Below, piece by piece: positions 19,735-30,287 of a DNA stretch of 64,000 nt. The notes beneath the pieces are model-generated. The model had not been told where the DNA came from. It saw nothing but the letters and a program-made list of their open reading frames with translations, and made no database searches. The first letter of the stretch is position 1, and the number at the start of each line of letters is the position of its first letter. The position numbers were made by a program, and so were the translations under genes. The stretch is from the NCBI GenBank assembly GCA_963422735.1, contig OY730476.1, positions 1,824,001 through 1,888,000 on the forward strand, read 5' to 3'. Source of the stretch: Candidatus Latescibacterota bacterium. GTDB lineage: Bacteria; Latescibacterota; UBA2968; UBA8231.

Positions 19735-21252
19735 CTATGTCGCCAGCGGCGCTCCGCGGGGTATGCTAATGGAGATCGGCGATTTTGCGTATTGGGAGCG
19801 GCAGGCGGTGAAATCGGCGTTGCGGTATTCGCCTAGGTGAATGGATCCCGAAATGCGATCTTCCGCAACGTGGCCCGCAAATAGGAAGGGGATGGAATCG
19901 CCCGGGCGACTCACTTCGCTGCGCAGCTTTACCTGATCGCCTTCAATCACGCCGGCGATTTGCTGCTGGGAAAAATCGCTTATGTGGGTTCCGCCGATCC
20001 AATGCCCCTCCTGTTCGAGGAATAACTGGTGTTGGCTACTGCTGCTCGAATAGTTGATGGTGAGGTCCCAAGCACCGCTGACATCGGTTGCCGGAGGGGC
20101 CAGCTCTGTCGATTGGGGGGTCCGTTGTGCGGATAAGATGCGGTGGAGCCGGTCGGCTACTACTTGGTCGTTGCCCGGTTGCATCTGATTGGGGGTGATG
20201 CCGATGGAAGTGCGGCCGTTGGCACCGTTGCTGGCCACGGCGATGCGGGGTTTGTTGCGGGCGAAATCCTCGGCGACCTCTGCACCGGTAATGTGCAAGA
20301 TGGCTGGATCCCAACTAATGGTGAGGACCGGGGCGCGGTTGGACAGGCCGGTGGGGTCTGCGACCTCGGTCCATACGCTGTCGATGCCGCGCACCCGCTG
20401 GGCGATATGGTCGAGATAAGACAGCCAAGTCTGCCATTCGGCGGCGTGGTCGCGGCGCACCCAAGCTTCTACCGCCGCCAGCATCCCCACGATCTCTTCT
20501 TTGCCGATTTTATCGTCGCGGCCCGGCCCGTGGTGCGGCGAACTGAATTGCCAAGCCGACTGCAGCAAGGCTTTGTCGCCCAGCACTAAGCCGGCACACT
20601 GGGGGCCGCACAGGGCTTTGCCGCCGCTATAAGCCACGGCAGTGGCCCCCCTTTGCAAGTGGACATTGGGAATGGTGAGATCTTCGGCCGCAGCATCGGC
20701 GAGGATGGGAATTTTGTGCGGGCGGGCCACGTCAGCAATGACCTCTAGGGAAAGCGGCTGGCCGGTGGCGGCGCCTGCCCCCGTGGTTATGTAGATCATG
20801 GCGGTGCGGGAATTGATCGCCCGCTCGAGTTCGGCCCGGGTCTCGACCATGACAATTTCGATGCCGATGCTGCGCAAGGCGTGATCGTAGGCATTGCGCG
20901 CGTACCGGGGGATGATGACTTGGGTTTTGTCTAGGCCGGTCAAATTCGGGATGCGGATCAGCTTTTCGGGATTGCCGCCGGTGACGCAAGCTGCGGTGAT
21001 ATGCTTGAGGCCAGCAGCGCAGCCTGCCGGAACCATGCCCCAGTCGGCACCGGTGATTTCAGATAGTCTTTGGCCGACGGCTTCGGCCAGTTCGTCGTAT
21101 TGGACGAAGTAGCCCGAAGCCGCTTCCATGGCCGCCACAACTTCGGGAAGTTCGACAGAGCCGCCGATGATAGTAAAAGTGCCACGGCAGTTGATGATGG
21201 GTTCGACGCCGATGGCTTGATATATGCTTTGGTAGCTGGTGTCCAATGTCAT
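19735..21252 (-). CDS. SelA-like PLP-dependent enzyme (DgaE-like) with extra C-terminal beta domain
   Basis: IINCRGTFTIIGGS, DAAAE, YSGGKALCGPQCAG, KIGKEEIVG; start MTLDTS after AGGGAGG. Confidence 0.82.
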   Translation of the reverse strand: MTLDTSYQSIYQAIGVEPIINCRGTFTIIGGSVELPEVVAAMEAASGYFVQYDELAEAVGQRLSEITGADWGMVPAGCAAGLKHITAACVTGGNPEKLIRIPNLTGLDKTQVIIPRYARNAYDHALRSIGIEIVMVETRAELERAINSRTAMIYITTGAGAATGQPLSLEVIADVARPHKIPILADAAAEDLTIPNVHLQRGATAVAYSGGKALCGPQCAGLVLGDKALLQSAWQFSSPHHGPGRDDKIGKEEIVGMLAAVEAWVRRDHAAEWQTWLSYLDHIAQRVRGIDSVWTEVADPTGLSNRAPVLTISWDPAILHITGAEVAEDFARNKPRIAVASNGANGRTSIGITPNQMQPGNDQVVADRLHRILSAQRTPQSTELAPPATDVSGAWDLTINYSSSSSQHQLFLEQEGHWIGGTHISDFSQQQIAGVIEGDQVKLRSEVSRPGDSIPFLFAGHVAEDRISGSIHLGEYRNADFTACRSQYAKSPISISIPRGAPLAT

Positions 21253-21296
21253 GCGGGCCTCCCTTGTGGATTGTAGATGAACCAAGCTTGCAAAGG

Positions 21297-22136
21297 TTAG
21301 GTCAATCCCCAGATGCGGGCCGCTGTACCGCCTAGCATCTGGTCTTTTTCGCGCTGGCTGAGAAAGTCGAAACCCTCCTGCACTAGGCGCAACTCCTCGG
21401 CCAGAGTCGGCCAGTTGTGCTTGGTGCGATGGTGACCCGGATAGCCGGTGCCCCACAGCATGCGCTCGGCCCCAAAGGCGTGGTGCAGACGCTGGATAAA
21501 AGGATGCATGTCGGCATAGGGAAAAGCCTGCTTCGAGCGGCCGTGGACATCCGAGATTTTCACCGCCACATTGTCGAAGCCGGCCAGCTCGACGATGGGC
21601 TGAAAAGCCTCGGCTGGCTCGTCGAGGTTGGGATAGCCCATGTGGTCCAATAGCAGGAACATCTGCGGATGACGGCGGGCGATTTCAGCTACTTGATCGG
21701 CGAAAGCGGCGTTGAGATGGAACTGGATGACAGCGCCTGTTGCGTCTAGGACTTCCCAAAGGGAACGGTTTTGGGGCGTGGTCAGGACGCGCTCCTCCGG
21801 GTAGTACATGGGGTGAAAGCGGAAACCGACCAAGCCGCGTTCCTCCATCCAATAGCGCGCCTGATTGGCGTTGTCTGGGTTTTGCGGGTCGAGCATACCG
21901 TGGCCGATAAAGTGGTTGGGGAAACGGGCCTGCGAATCGGCGATATAACCGTTGTCCCAAGTGGACCAGCTAGTCTGTACCAAGACGCTGCGGTCAACGC
22001 CGTTTTGGTCCATGTCCTCGATCAGTTCGTCGGCGGTGGCCGGTTCGTCAGGCTTGGAGGTCCAGTTGGGGGCGGTGGGCCCGATGGGGTATTTTTCGGA
22101 CATTTCCCAGATGTGTACATGGGTATCGACGATCAT
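21297..22136 (-). CDS. amidohydrolase_2 family protein
   Basis: DTHVH, GFRFHP, LDHMG, WGTGYP. Confidence 0.88.
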   Translation of the reverse strand: MIVDTHVHIWEMSEKYPIGPTAPNWTSKPDEPATADELIEDMDQNGVDRSVLVQTSWSTWDNGYIADSQARFPNHFIGHGMLDPQNPDNANQARYWMEERGLVGFRFHPMYYPEERVLTTPQNRSLWEVLDATGAVIQFHLNAAFADQVAEIARRHPQMFLLLDHMGYPNLDEPAEAFQPIVELAGFDNVAVKISDVHGRSKQAFPYADMHPFIQRLHHAFGAERMLWGTGYPGHHRTKHNWPTLAEELRLVQEGFDFLSQREKDQMLGGTAARIWGLT

Positions 22137-22333
22137 GGACGGTTCAAAAGCTCCGTAGGGATTGTACTGGTGAAAGAGATGAAAGGGGCCTTTCCAGTAT
22201 ATGGTCTCGTTGGGATCGCCCATGAAATTGGCCGGGGCGAGGAAGTGATACAGGGGCCGATAGGGGTCGTCAATCCACTCGAAACGGCACGAGTCCAGCC
22301 CCCCCGGGAGTAGTAGTCATAGATCGGAGTCAT
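22137..22333 (-). pseudogene. 5' fragment of a GH32 glycosidase
   Basis: DPYRPLYHFLAPANFMGDPNETIYWKGPFHLFHQYNPY resembles the GH32 RP.YH..P..WMNDPNG...YHLFYQYNP motif; frameshifted near the start and truncated. Confidence 0.75.
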
Positions 22334-22377
22334 TCGCCTAGATGGTCGCGGATCTACTCTCTCAGCAGCATGTCTTC

Positions 22378-22947
22378 CTAGCACCCAACCATAGCGACGA
22401 AATAGCGATGTATGTTCAAATCGCTGGTCAGTTCAGGATGGAACGAGGCGACGAGTACTCGGCCTTGACGCGCCACGACCACATCGTCGCCGCAGGTCGC
22501 CAGTGCCGAGACCTCGTCGCCCAACCGCGCGATGCGGGGTGCGCGGATAAAGATCATCGGCAATGATCGCGGTTGCCCATCCGCCGCCCAAACCCCCGTC
22601 CCCTCGAAGCTATCGACTTGGCGGCCATAGCTATTGCGCTCGACGTCAATGTCGATTAGGCCGAGGGACTTCTGCGGCGGGCTAGAGACGCCTTTGGCCA
22701 ATAGGATCATCCCGGCGCAGGTGCCGAAAATGGGGTTGCCGGCCGCGGCAAAGTCCCTCAGCGGTGCCCAGAAATCCCAAGAGTCCATTAGCTTGATTAA
22801 CGTGGTGCTCTCGCCGCCGGGGAAGATCAGGCCGTCAACCGCGGACAATTGCGCTGGCTTTTTGACCACTCGGGATTCGACCGCCAATGCGTCGAGTACC
22901 TTGCCGTGGGCCGCGTAGTCGCCCTGCAATCCCAAAATTCCAATCAT
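22378..22947 (-). CDS. pdxT: pyridoxal 5'-phosphate synthase glutaminase subunit
   Basis: GLQG, PGGEST, GTCAG, FIRAP, FHPE. Confidence 0.96.
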   Translation of the reverse strand: MIGILGLQGDYAAHGKVLDALAVESRVVKKPAQLSAVDGLIFPGGESTTLIKLMDSWDFWAPLRDFAAAGNPIFGTCAGMILLAKGVSSPPQKSLGLIDIDVERNSYGRQVDSFEGTGVWAADGQPRSLPMIFIRAPRIARLGDEVSALATCGDDVVVARQGRVLVASFHPELTSDLNIHRYFVAMVGC

Positions 22948-22960
22948 TGCTTATACCATA

Positions 22961-23000
22961 AAATTGCCCCGTCCCTGACAAAGCAGAGACGGGGCATTTT
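22961..23000. terminator. intrinsic terminator-like hairpin between pdxS and pdxT
   Basis: TGCCCCGTC...GACGGGGCA stem with A/T runs on both sides. Confidence 0.6.
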
Positions 23001-23022
23001 CCGATTGCCTCTGTGCGGCGTC

Positions 23023-23934
23023 CTACCAGCCTCGGGTTTGTAGCTTGTCTTTCTCTTCGAGGGTATCGATGTTGATGCCGACCATGGCCTCGCCGAGGTT
23101 TTCAGAGACGCGAATTAGGACCTCTGGGTCGTCGTAGTGGGTGGTCGCCTCGACGATGGCTTTGGCGCGGCTGGCTGGATCGCCGGACTTAAAGATCCCG
23201 GAACCGACAAAAATGGCCTCCGCGCCGAGCTGCATCATCAGCGAGGCATCGGCCGGCGTGGCGACGCCGCCGGCAGCAAAATTGGGCACCGGCAGCTTAC
23301 CGTGCTCGGCGACCCAGCGGACCAGTTCATAAGGTGCGCCCAACTCCTTGGCCGCCGTCATTAGCTGCTCGGGACGCAGGATCACCAGCCGGCGGATCTC
23401 GTCGGTGACAGAGCGCATGTGGCGCACGGCCTCGACGATGTTGCCCGAGCCAGCCTCGCCTTTGGTGCGGATCATGGCCGCGCCTTCGCCAATCCGCCGC
23501 AGCGCCTCGCCGAGGTTGCGGCAGCCGCAGACGAAGGGCACCTCAAAGGCGAACTTATCGACGTGATAGTGCTCGTCGGCTGGAGTCAGGACCTCGCTTT
23601 CGTCGATGTAGTCGATCCCGAGGGCTTGGAGCATCTGCGCTTCGGCGAAGTGGCCAATGCGGCATTTAGCCATGACCGGAATGGAGGTGGCCTCCATGAT
23701 CTGGCGCAGCTTCTCAATGCTCGACATGCGCGACACGCCCCCTTCAGCGCGGATGTCGGCGGGCACTCTTTCCAGCGCCATGACTGAGGTTGCCCCAGCG
23801 TCTTCGGCGATCTTGGCTTGGTCGGCGGCGACGACATCCATGATGACCCCGCCCTTGAGCATTTCGGCGAGGCCGGTCTTGATGCGCAGGGTGCCAGTCT
23901 GGCCGTTTTGTCCATTGGTATGCATCTCGCTCAT
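23023..23934 (-). CDS. pdxS: pyridoxal 5'-phosphate synthase lyase subunit
   Basis: [38 protein letters not shown]; start MSEM after AAGGAG. Confidence 0.97.
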   Translation of the reverse strand: MSEMHTNGQNGQTGTLRIKTGLAEMLKGGVIMDVVAADQAKIAEDAGATSVMALERVPADIRAEGGVSRMSSIEKLRQIMEATSIPVMAKCRIGHFAEAQMLQALGIDYIDESEVLTPADEHYHVDKFAFEVPFVCGCRNLGEALRRIGEGAAMIRTKGEAGSGNIVEAVRHMRSVTDEIRRLVILRPEQLMTAAKELGAPYELVRWVAEHGKLPVPNFAAGGVATPADASLMMQLGAEAIFVGSGIFKSGDPASRAKAIVEATTHYDDPEVLIRVSENLGEAMVGINIDTLEEKDKLQTRGW

Positions 23935-24011
23935 AGCGCAATCTCCTTTAGAGAAGTTCCTTAAAAACATATTCCAAAACAGGCACCCGCGCAATTTTTG
24001 CCTAGGCAGAA

Positions 24012-25451
24012 TCAGTTCCCGCGCAGGCTCTCCCAATAGGTGCGGCAAAGGTCGCGGGCGAAGAGGAAGAGGGCCGCTGAGGTCGCGACACTGGCAAGGA
24101 CCGCGCCGGTGGCGAGGACGGCGAGCGGAGACCAAGGCAGCAGAGAGCGGACCAGCAGGAGGACAGTTAAGACGAAGGTGACCACCAAGAAAGGGCGGCT
24201 AAGAGCGGTGAGATAGATTGCAAAAGGCAGGTCGATCAAGCGGTTGACGAAATACTGCGAAAGCAGCAAGAACAGCAAAGCCGCCGCGGCGATGACGCTG
24301 GCCACGCCTTCGACGCCGCGCGGCAGGCCATAGAAGTACAGTGCCGGGATCAGCACCCCCGTGCTAAAGAGCGACCAATAGAAAGACCAGTTGGCCTTGC
24401 CTTTGGCCATAAAAATCGAGCCTACCAAGGAGCTGGCTACTTTCAAAAGCGTGGCCGCGGCCAACAGGCGAAGCACCATCCACATCGGCTCTGTGTTGAC
24501 CAAAGCGGCAATCTCCGGCGCAAAGACGAATATCCCCGCGAGGGCTGGACCCAGCGCTAGCACAAAGCCCTGTACCGAGGATAAATAGCCACGACGCAGA
24601 AGCGAGTCGTCGTCCACGATCGTCGAAAAGGTCGGAAAGGAGACGCGCTGGATGGTCGTAGCCAGCCGGGTCAAAGGCAGCAAGGTCAACCGTTCGGCCA
24701 AGCTGTAATAGGCTTGGGCCGTGGCCCCCAGCGGTATGAAAATAAAGAGATAAGCGATCTTGGCATTGAGAAGGGCCACCACGCGCGAACCCGTAAGATT
24801 CAGCGCGAAGCCAAAGATCTGGCGCAGAACTTGAGGCCGAAAGCGCAGGCGCGGAATCCAGCCGGCCGAAAGCGCGAGGCTGCTAAAAAGACCTAGTTCG
24901 CGCACGACCGAGCCGAAGACCGGGACCAAGACGCCCAAGTCTGGTCGCCAGAAAAGCAGAAACGTCACTGCGAAGGCAAAGGTCAGAACCGAAACAAACT
25001 CGGAGAGGGCTACGGCGCGGAAGTCGAGGGCGCGCTGTAGTCTAGCCCGCAATAGGCCCGCCAATGAGGCGAAGGGGATCGCCAGGCAGAACGTGCGCAG
25101 GACGCGGCCGAAGGTATGCGGGTCTCCGCCCCCCAAGAAAGGAGCCAGCCAAGAGGCTGCGGCGACGACCGTGGCGGTGAGTAGCAGCCCCCAACTTAAA
25201 CAAGTCCAGAAGGCCGTATCGAAGTGTTCCTCACCCGCGTCCGGTAGCTGAATTAGGGCTGCGCCCAGACCTAAGTCGCCGACCAGTGATAGGAGCATTA
25301 TCAGCACCAGTACCCACTCAAAACGGCCCAAATCGTCAAGCGGCAAGAGCTTGTAGAGCACCAGCATGACGCCGAGCTGGATAAGGGAAGCACTGCCATT
25401 CCAGAGAAAGCCGCGCAGGGCGCGCGTGGCCAAAGAGAGCGAGGTGCTCAC
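24012..25451 (-). CDS. Wzx-type oligosaccharide flippase
   Basis: Multiple TM segments; [10 protein letters not shown]; LQRALDFR; VSFPTFS. Confidence 0.82.
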   Translation of the reverse strand: MSTSLSLATRALRGFLWNGSASLIQLGVMLVLYKLLPLDDLGRFEWVLVLIMLLSLVGDLGLGAALIQLPDAGEEHFDTAFWTCLSWGLLLTATVVAAASWLAPFLGGGDPHTFGRVLRTFCLAIPFASLAGLLRARLQRALDFRAVALSEFVSVLTFAFAVTFLLFWRPDLGVLVPVFGSVVRELGLFSSLALSAGWIPRLRFRPQVLRQIFGFALNLTGSRVVALLNAKIAYLFIFIPLGATAQAYYSLAERLTLLPLTRLATTIQRVSFPTFSTIVDDDSLLRRGYLSSVQGFVLALGPALAGIFVFAPEIAALVNTEPMWMVLRLLAAATLLKVASSLVGSIFMAKGKANWSFYWSLFSTGVLIPALYFYGLPRGVEGVASVIAAAALLFLLLSQYFVNRLIDLPFAIYLTALSRPFLVVTFVLTVLLLVRSLLPWSPLAVLATGAVLASVATSAALFLFARDLCRTYWESLRGN

Positions 25452-25464
25452 AGACTAGGTAGCT

Positions 25465-27351
25465 TCACGACGCTTCGACGCACACTTTGGCGATGCGGCC
25501 TTTCTTGCCGAAGATGTTGACCGCCCGCGCTTCGAGCAGATTTTCGCCCGCAGCGAGCGTCCACTCAAAGCGGGCCTCGCGCTCCTCGCGCCACAGGCCG
25601 CCATCTTGGCGCACCAAGAAGTGCGAGAAGTTAGGCGCAGTGTGCTCTAGATCGACTTGCAGAGTACGCGCCTTTTCCGCCACTTGGAGATAGAGCCGCG
25701 TCTGGTTGACCGACCAGTAGAAGTCCCCAGTACGAGAGGTCTGCAAGGAGTATTCGGCGTAGCGGGGATCGACATCGTCCGACCACCACAAATAGCCATC
25801 CCAGTGGTACTGCCCAGCGCCGTGGCGCAGTTCGGCCGGCTCGGCAAAGATCAGGTGCGTATTGCGCAGCGGAATGCCGAAGCGGCAGAATACGTCGATA
25901 TAGCTGGCCATCTGTTCGACTTTATTTTGCGGCAACTTGTTGGCCATGATCTTTTCGCGCCGCTCGTCCGCAGCGGCCTCGTGCAGTTCGAGGGCATTGA
26001 TGGGCACGCCGTCGATTTCGTAGGTGGCGTCGAATTCGCGGGTCGGCCCGGCATCTTCGAGAATCCACTTTTGCAACTCCTCGCACCAGACCTCGGCCAA
26101 GCAGTGGTGATCGACGACGATTGAGCGGGCCACCCACCCTAGGGCCGAGGCACAGCCGGCGAAAACCGCTCCGTAGTGGGTACACATGCCGAAGCCCCAG
26201 TCGCCCTTGGTGGTGTCGAGGATCTCTAGGGGATTCCAAGAGGGGCAGTGGGGATATTTGTCGGATTGCCAGCCCAGCCACTGGCTGTGGACCCAGTCGC
26301 GCAAAAGAGCTAGCTGTTCGAGTTCGGTTTTGCCCGCAGCGATGACCTCGTCGAGGCGGTACTGCTTGCGCAACCGCTCTTGGTGTGGATGCAGCCCCAT
26401 ATAGGCGAAGGGGTACGAGCTGTACACGAGCTGGGGTTGGTCGAATTCTGCCCGCTTAAAGGGGGCGAGGCTTTGAGCGTCTTCCTCAATGTCGGCTTCG
26501 AGGGTGACGGCCTGAAGCGTTGGGGTCTTGTTGGCCGAATCGGTTTCAAGGATGGCGCGCCACTGCACAAAGCGCCCGGGCCATTGCAAGGCGGTGCATC
26601 GTTCCCAAGCCGTCCAAGTGCGCGGGTCAAAGGAAGGCGTCGAACCCGTGCGCAGCTCGAGGTGTATTTGGGTCCCCTGCGGCTGGCGCATCCGCGCTTT
26701 CAGGTGCAGGCGGCGAATCCCCAGCCTTGGGGCGATGCGGCCGCGGCCGTCTTCGTCGGCTAGGTCGATAACCGGCGAGCAGAGCGTCCCTTGGGGCGGA
26801 TGTCCCTTGAGGCGCAGCCGCACTAGGTACTCGCCGTCCATGGCGAGGGCTTCGCCCAAGGTGCCTTGGTGCCAAGTCTTGCCGCCGTCAAAGCTGCGGC
26901 TTGAACGGCTTGAGGGCGTGTCGGCTAGACCGCCCGGAAAGGGGTCAATGTGCAACACGCCGCTGTGCGAGAAGACGAATTCATTGGTGCCGTCTTTGAG
27001 GTATTTGGCGGCGATTTTCTTGCGGTCCCAACCGCCGGTGAGCATGCGCTGGCGGTCTTGGCGGTGTGTGAGGACATGGCCGTTGACTTGGAGCCGCATG
27101 GGTTTGTCGGCGGTGGTTTGGTCGGCGTTGACATAAAAGAGCAGTTCGGCTCCCTTGGTCTTGGTCGAGGGGATGTCGAATTCGACCTTTGCACAGGAAA
27201 CGGGGGTGAGTTCCTCGCAGATGTCGCCGTCAACGCCCATTTCGTTGGTGAGCAGATAGGTGGGGGCGAGGCGAGCGGCAGGGGTGGTTTGGGCGTCGAT
27301 GAAGCGATCGCGGCAATAGTCGCGGAAGTCGGCGGCAGTGATGCGTTTCAT
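25465..27351 (-). CDS. multidomain protein with C-terminal transglutaminase-like domain
   Basis: GMCTHYG (Cys), HCLAEVW (His), KWILED (Asp); start MKRIT after AGGAG. Confidence 0.72.
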   Translation of the reverse strand: MKRITAADFRDYCRDRFIDAQTTPAARLAPTYLLTNEMGVDGDICEELTPVSCAKVEFDIPSTKTKGAELLFYVNADQTTADKPMRLQVNGHVLTHRQDRQRMLTGGWDRKKIAAKYLKDGTNEFVFSHSGVLHIDPFPGGLADTPSSRSSRSFDGGKTWHQGTLGEALAMDGEYLVRLRLKGHPPQGTLCSPVIDLADEDGRGRIAPRLGIRRLHLKARMRQPQGTQIHLELRTGSTPSFDPRTWTAWERCTALQWPGRFVQWRAILETDSANKTPTLQAVTLEADIEEDAQSLAPFKRAEFDQPQLVYSSYPFAYMGLHPHQERLRKQYRLDEVIAAGKTELEQLALLRDWVHSQWLGWQSDKYPHCPSWNPLEILDTTKGDWGFGMCTHYGAVFAGCASALGWVARSIVVDHHCLAEVWCEELQKWILEDAGPTREFDATYEIDGVPINALELHEAAADERREKIMANKLPQNKVEQMASYIDVFCRFGIPLRNTHLIFAEPAELRHGAGQYHWDGYLWWSDDVDPRYAEYSLQTSRTGDFYWSVNQTRLYLQVAEKARTLQVDLEHTAPNFSHFLVRQDGGLWREEREARFEWTLAAGENLLEARAVNIFGKKGRIAKVCVEAS

Positions 27352-27449
27352 GGTATGCTCCTGAGTGGGGTGCGGGGAATGTATGAGGTGGCACAGGCTG
27401 GGGCAAACGGCAGGAGCGAGGTCTGCCCTAGGATGCGCCGTGCCCAAAT

Positions 27450-28220
27450 TCAGCCGAGAAGGGCCTCGACGTATTCTCGTACGGCAATGGCCGTCGGGAG
27501 CGGCTCGTCCCAATCGACGCCCTCGAGCTCGACGACGAGAGGGCCGTCGTAACCGCTATCCGCTAACAGCTTGAACAACGCCGCAAAGGGCAACTCGCCC
27601 TCCCCGAAGGGCACGGGCTTTTCGCCCTGCTGGTCGCGCAGGTGGACGAGGCCGATGCGCCCGGCGAGCGCCTCGGCAAAGGGCATGATTGGCTCGCCGA
27701 CCGACAACAGGTGGCCGGTGTCCAAGAGCACGCGCGCCCGCTCGGGTAGCTCGGGCATCACCTCTTGATAGTCGGCTAGTCCTTGGAGGCGGTTGCCTTG
27801 GTGATTCCCCAAGTTGAGGGCGATATCGGGAATGCTGTCGAGGAGCGCGTTGACGCCTTCGATGAGGTCGGCGAGCGCCTCGTCCGTGCGGGCACCACCC
27901 TTCGTGTTCAGGGTTTTGATACCAAGGGCGCGGCCCAAGTGGATGTCCCATTCGAGCTGGCGCAAGTTGTAGGCGAGGTTGCGCTCGTCCGAGTCGGCCT
28001 TGCGGCCGGTGAGATTGCGGATGTTGAAGCCAGCAAGTTGCAGGCCGGCCTCGGCGATCTCGGTGCGGACCCTCGGCACGGACCAGTCGCGATGGACGGG
28101 GGTACTCTCGGTGTAAGCGCGGAAGAGTTCGACGCGGGAGAAGCCGGCCTCCTTGGCAAGGTCGAGCACCTCGGGCAAGGGAAGGTCCGGGCAGAGGGTC
28201 GGGCTAAAGACGAGGTGCAT
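27450..28220 (-). CDS. sugar phosphate isomerase/epimerase (AP endonuclease 2 TIM barrel)
   Basis: GFSRVEL, LDTGH, VHLRD, PFGEG, GYDGPLVVE. Confidence 0.85.
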   Translation of the reverse strand: MHLVFSPTLCPDLPLPEVLDLAKEAGFSRVELFRAYTESTPVHRDWSVPRVRTEIAEAGLQLAGFNIRNLTGRKADSDERNLAYNLRQLEWDIHLGRALGIKTLNTKGGARTDEALADLIEGVNALLDSIPDIALNLGNHQGNRLQGLADYQEVMPELPERARVLLDTGHLLSVGEPIMPFAEALAGRIGLVHLRDQQGEKPVPFGEGELPFAALFKLLADSGYDGPLVVELEGVDWDEPLPTAIAVREYVEALLG

Positions 28221-28972
28221 CAGCTAATCCCTTCCCAATGCGCCCATTGGTCGTCGCAGGTCTCAAAGCGGATATCGTTGGTGTCTTTGCGCGAGAAGCG
28301 ACCGATGAGGGCCATGCGGATATTGCGATTGACGTTCTTGGAACCCGTGTGAAAGAGCTGACCGTGCCAGAAGGTGGCATCGCCAGCTTTGCCGACGAAT
28401 TCGCGCCCTTTGGGAAAGGTCCCTTCGGGAAATACATCGCCGGAAACGCCGCCCTGCACCGACAGCAGCGAATGCGTCTTGAAGTACTCGTAGGCTACAT
28501 TGTGACTGCCAGGCCAATAGGTGAAGCAGCCGCCCTGCGAGTCGATGTCCTCGACGTAGATCGTGACGTTGATGGTCATGTAGCCGACCGTACCTTCGGG
28601 CACGCCGTTGGTCGGGGTGTAGTAGCCGTCGAGATGGCCGCGCTCGGGCAGGGACCAAGCCTTGTCTTTGGATGGATAAACCAGAGCGGGACCGGCGTTA
28701 TTGGGATTGAGCTGGCCCTCGCCGACCATTTCCTCCATCATCGCGAAGATCGGCGATTCGTGAACGGCGGCGCGGATGGCCGGATGATGGGCGGGCACGG
28801 GGGCACGGGGGCCGGCCTCGACCCAAGTTGCAGGATCGTCGCGGTCGGCCTCAATGCCGGCCCAGAGGGCATCCTGAGCATCTTGAATTTGCGCGGACGA
28901 GAGCGCGCCGCGGACGGTGAGACAGCCATTTTCCTTAAAGGAACGCTTGTCTGCGGAGGTGAGATGAGGCAT
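28220..28972 (-). CDS. PhyH family dioxygenase
   Basis: FKENG, HLDG, GGCFTYWPGSH, AGD..FWH..LFHTGS.N. Confidence 0.85.
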   Translation of the reverse strand: MPHLTSADKRSFKENGCLTVRGALSSAQIQDAQDALWAGIEADRDDPATWVEAGPRAPVPAHHPAIRAAVHESPIFAMMEEMVGEGQLNPNNAGPALVYPSKDKAWSLPERGHLDGYYTPTNGVPEGTVGYMTINVTIYVEDIDSQGGCFTYWPGSHNVAYEYFKTHSLLSVQGGVSGDVFPEGTFPKGREFVGKAGDATFWHGQLFHTGSKNVNRNIRMALIGRFSRKDTNDIRFETCDDQWAHWEGIS

Positions 28973-29143
28973 GGCAGTACCCTTCTAATTTGGTTGCAAA
29001 GGCAAATATAGAGCATTGAAAAAAGGGTGTCCATTTGCTGATGTCGAGCGTCTCCATGAAATTTTTCATAGTAGGTGTTGTTGTGTTCGTGAACTCGGGC
29101 GCGACTTGAGGGGTCAATAGAGCTAATTCAGAAAGGAGCTGCG

Positions 29144-29482
29144 ATGCGGAGCAAAGAGAAAATAATCGACGCTATAAAGACGCAGTGCGCCAACGTGCGA
29201 GCGCGCGGCCAGATCGCCGTCCAAGCACTCAAAGTACGAGCGGAGATCGCCGCTACCCGGAGCCGGCTGCGATCGGCCTTCGCCGATCTAGGCGAATCGG
29301 TTTACGCCAAGCTCAGCGCGGGCGAGGCGGTGGACTTCGCCGGCGATCTGGGCGACTTCAAGCTGCGCATAGAAGGGCTTAAGGCCGAGATCCGCCAGCG
29401 CGAAAAGGCCCTGCGGAAAATTGTGGAAGGGAACGCAGTGGCCGAGGCCGAGGCCCTCTCAGAGGACCACCGCTTGGTCTAA
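29144..29482 (+). CDS. small coiled-coil hypothetical protein
   Basis: AAGGAG RBS; helical 112 aa; DLGE.VY motif. Confidence 0.7.
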   Translation: MRSKEKIIDAIKTQCANVRARGQIAVQALKVRAEIAATRSRLRSAFADLGESVYAKLSAGEAVDFAGDLGDFKLRIEGLKAEIRQREKALRKIVEGNAVAEAEALSEDHRLV

Positions 29483-29652
29483 GAAGCGATCTGCTTCACC
29501 GAGCCTTTAGCGCGACAGATTCCGGGTGCGCCTATACGCCGACTTGAGCCGCCCTTATGGACGGAAATAGGGGTGATTTCGCTCGCCGCCGGCCGCCGCA
29601 CCGGTCCTGCCTAAAGGCCGGGTGGAGCAGGCGCGACAGGCCGCGATTTGTT

Positions 29653-29679
29653 GGGCTGGACACAGGAGCCGATCCCTAC
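29653..29679 (-). repeat. degenerate GTAG-family REP
   Basis: Minus strand GTAGGGATCGGCTCCTGTGTCCAGCCC. Confidence 0.4.
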
Positions 29680-29915
29680 GGAGTTGCTAGCATTTATGAG
29701 ATGATTTCAATCCGATCCGCCCGTCAACTGCTGTCGCAAAGCTCCCGACTTGTTCAACGGTATAACGGTATAGATAACAGGTGCTGCGTCTAGGTAACGC
29801 CTTACTACTCCCAACTTTCCCGTTCAGTGTGTAGAGCAGCATCAACATCTTCCCGAGTTGGGGTTTATGGCCACGCACCTGCTGTCGAGCGCGTATATCT
29901 GCCATTAGCTCCCGA

Positions 29916-30287
29916 TTAGGAACGCGAGGCACCTAGCGAAGAAGGGACTACGTCAGCTAAGTACCGCTCCAACGCCTCTTTGACCACTTGGTTGAGGTTT
30001 GCGCCTTTTGCCTTGGCGCATAGGGCAGTGCGCCGATGTAGGTCACTGCCCATCCGCACGTTAAAACTGCCTTTGAACGGCTCCTTCCTGCTGGCATAGG
30101 TCGAGATAATCGTCCACCGCTTCTTCAAAAGCGGAGCGCAGTGAATCCACATCCGCCCCTTCGCAACGGACGAGATCGCGGATACGTTCGAGTTTGCCGT
30201 AGAAAATCCGGTCGTCGTCGTGAGCCGAGCCGGCGTAGCCCTTATAAGTCATCATGTCTTTCATATCAGTCCCCTCTGTTCAAGGGC
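29916..30287 (-). pseudogene. hicB: frameshifted hicB with hicA 3' stub
   Basis: MTYKGYAGS..DDRIFYGKL..IRDLV..EG..V..L..AFEEAVDDYL then, after a frameshift, KEPFKGSFNVR...LH; upstream ALEQRGLI* overlaps the start as ATGA. Confidence 0.85.

Noticed and set aside
19735-21252. True selenocysteine synthase selA
   Set aside because: Motifs fit the SelA-like/DgaE branch and no Sec machinery is adjacent.
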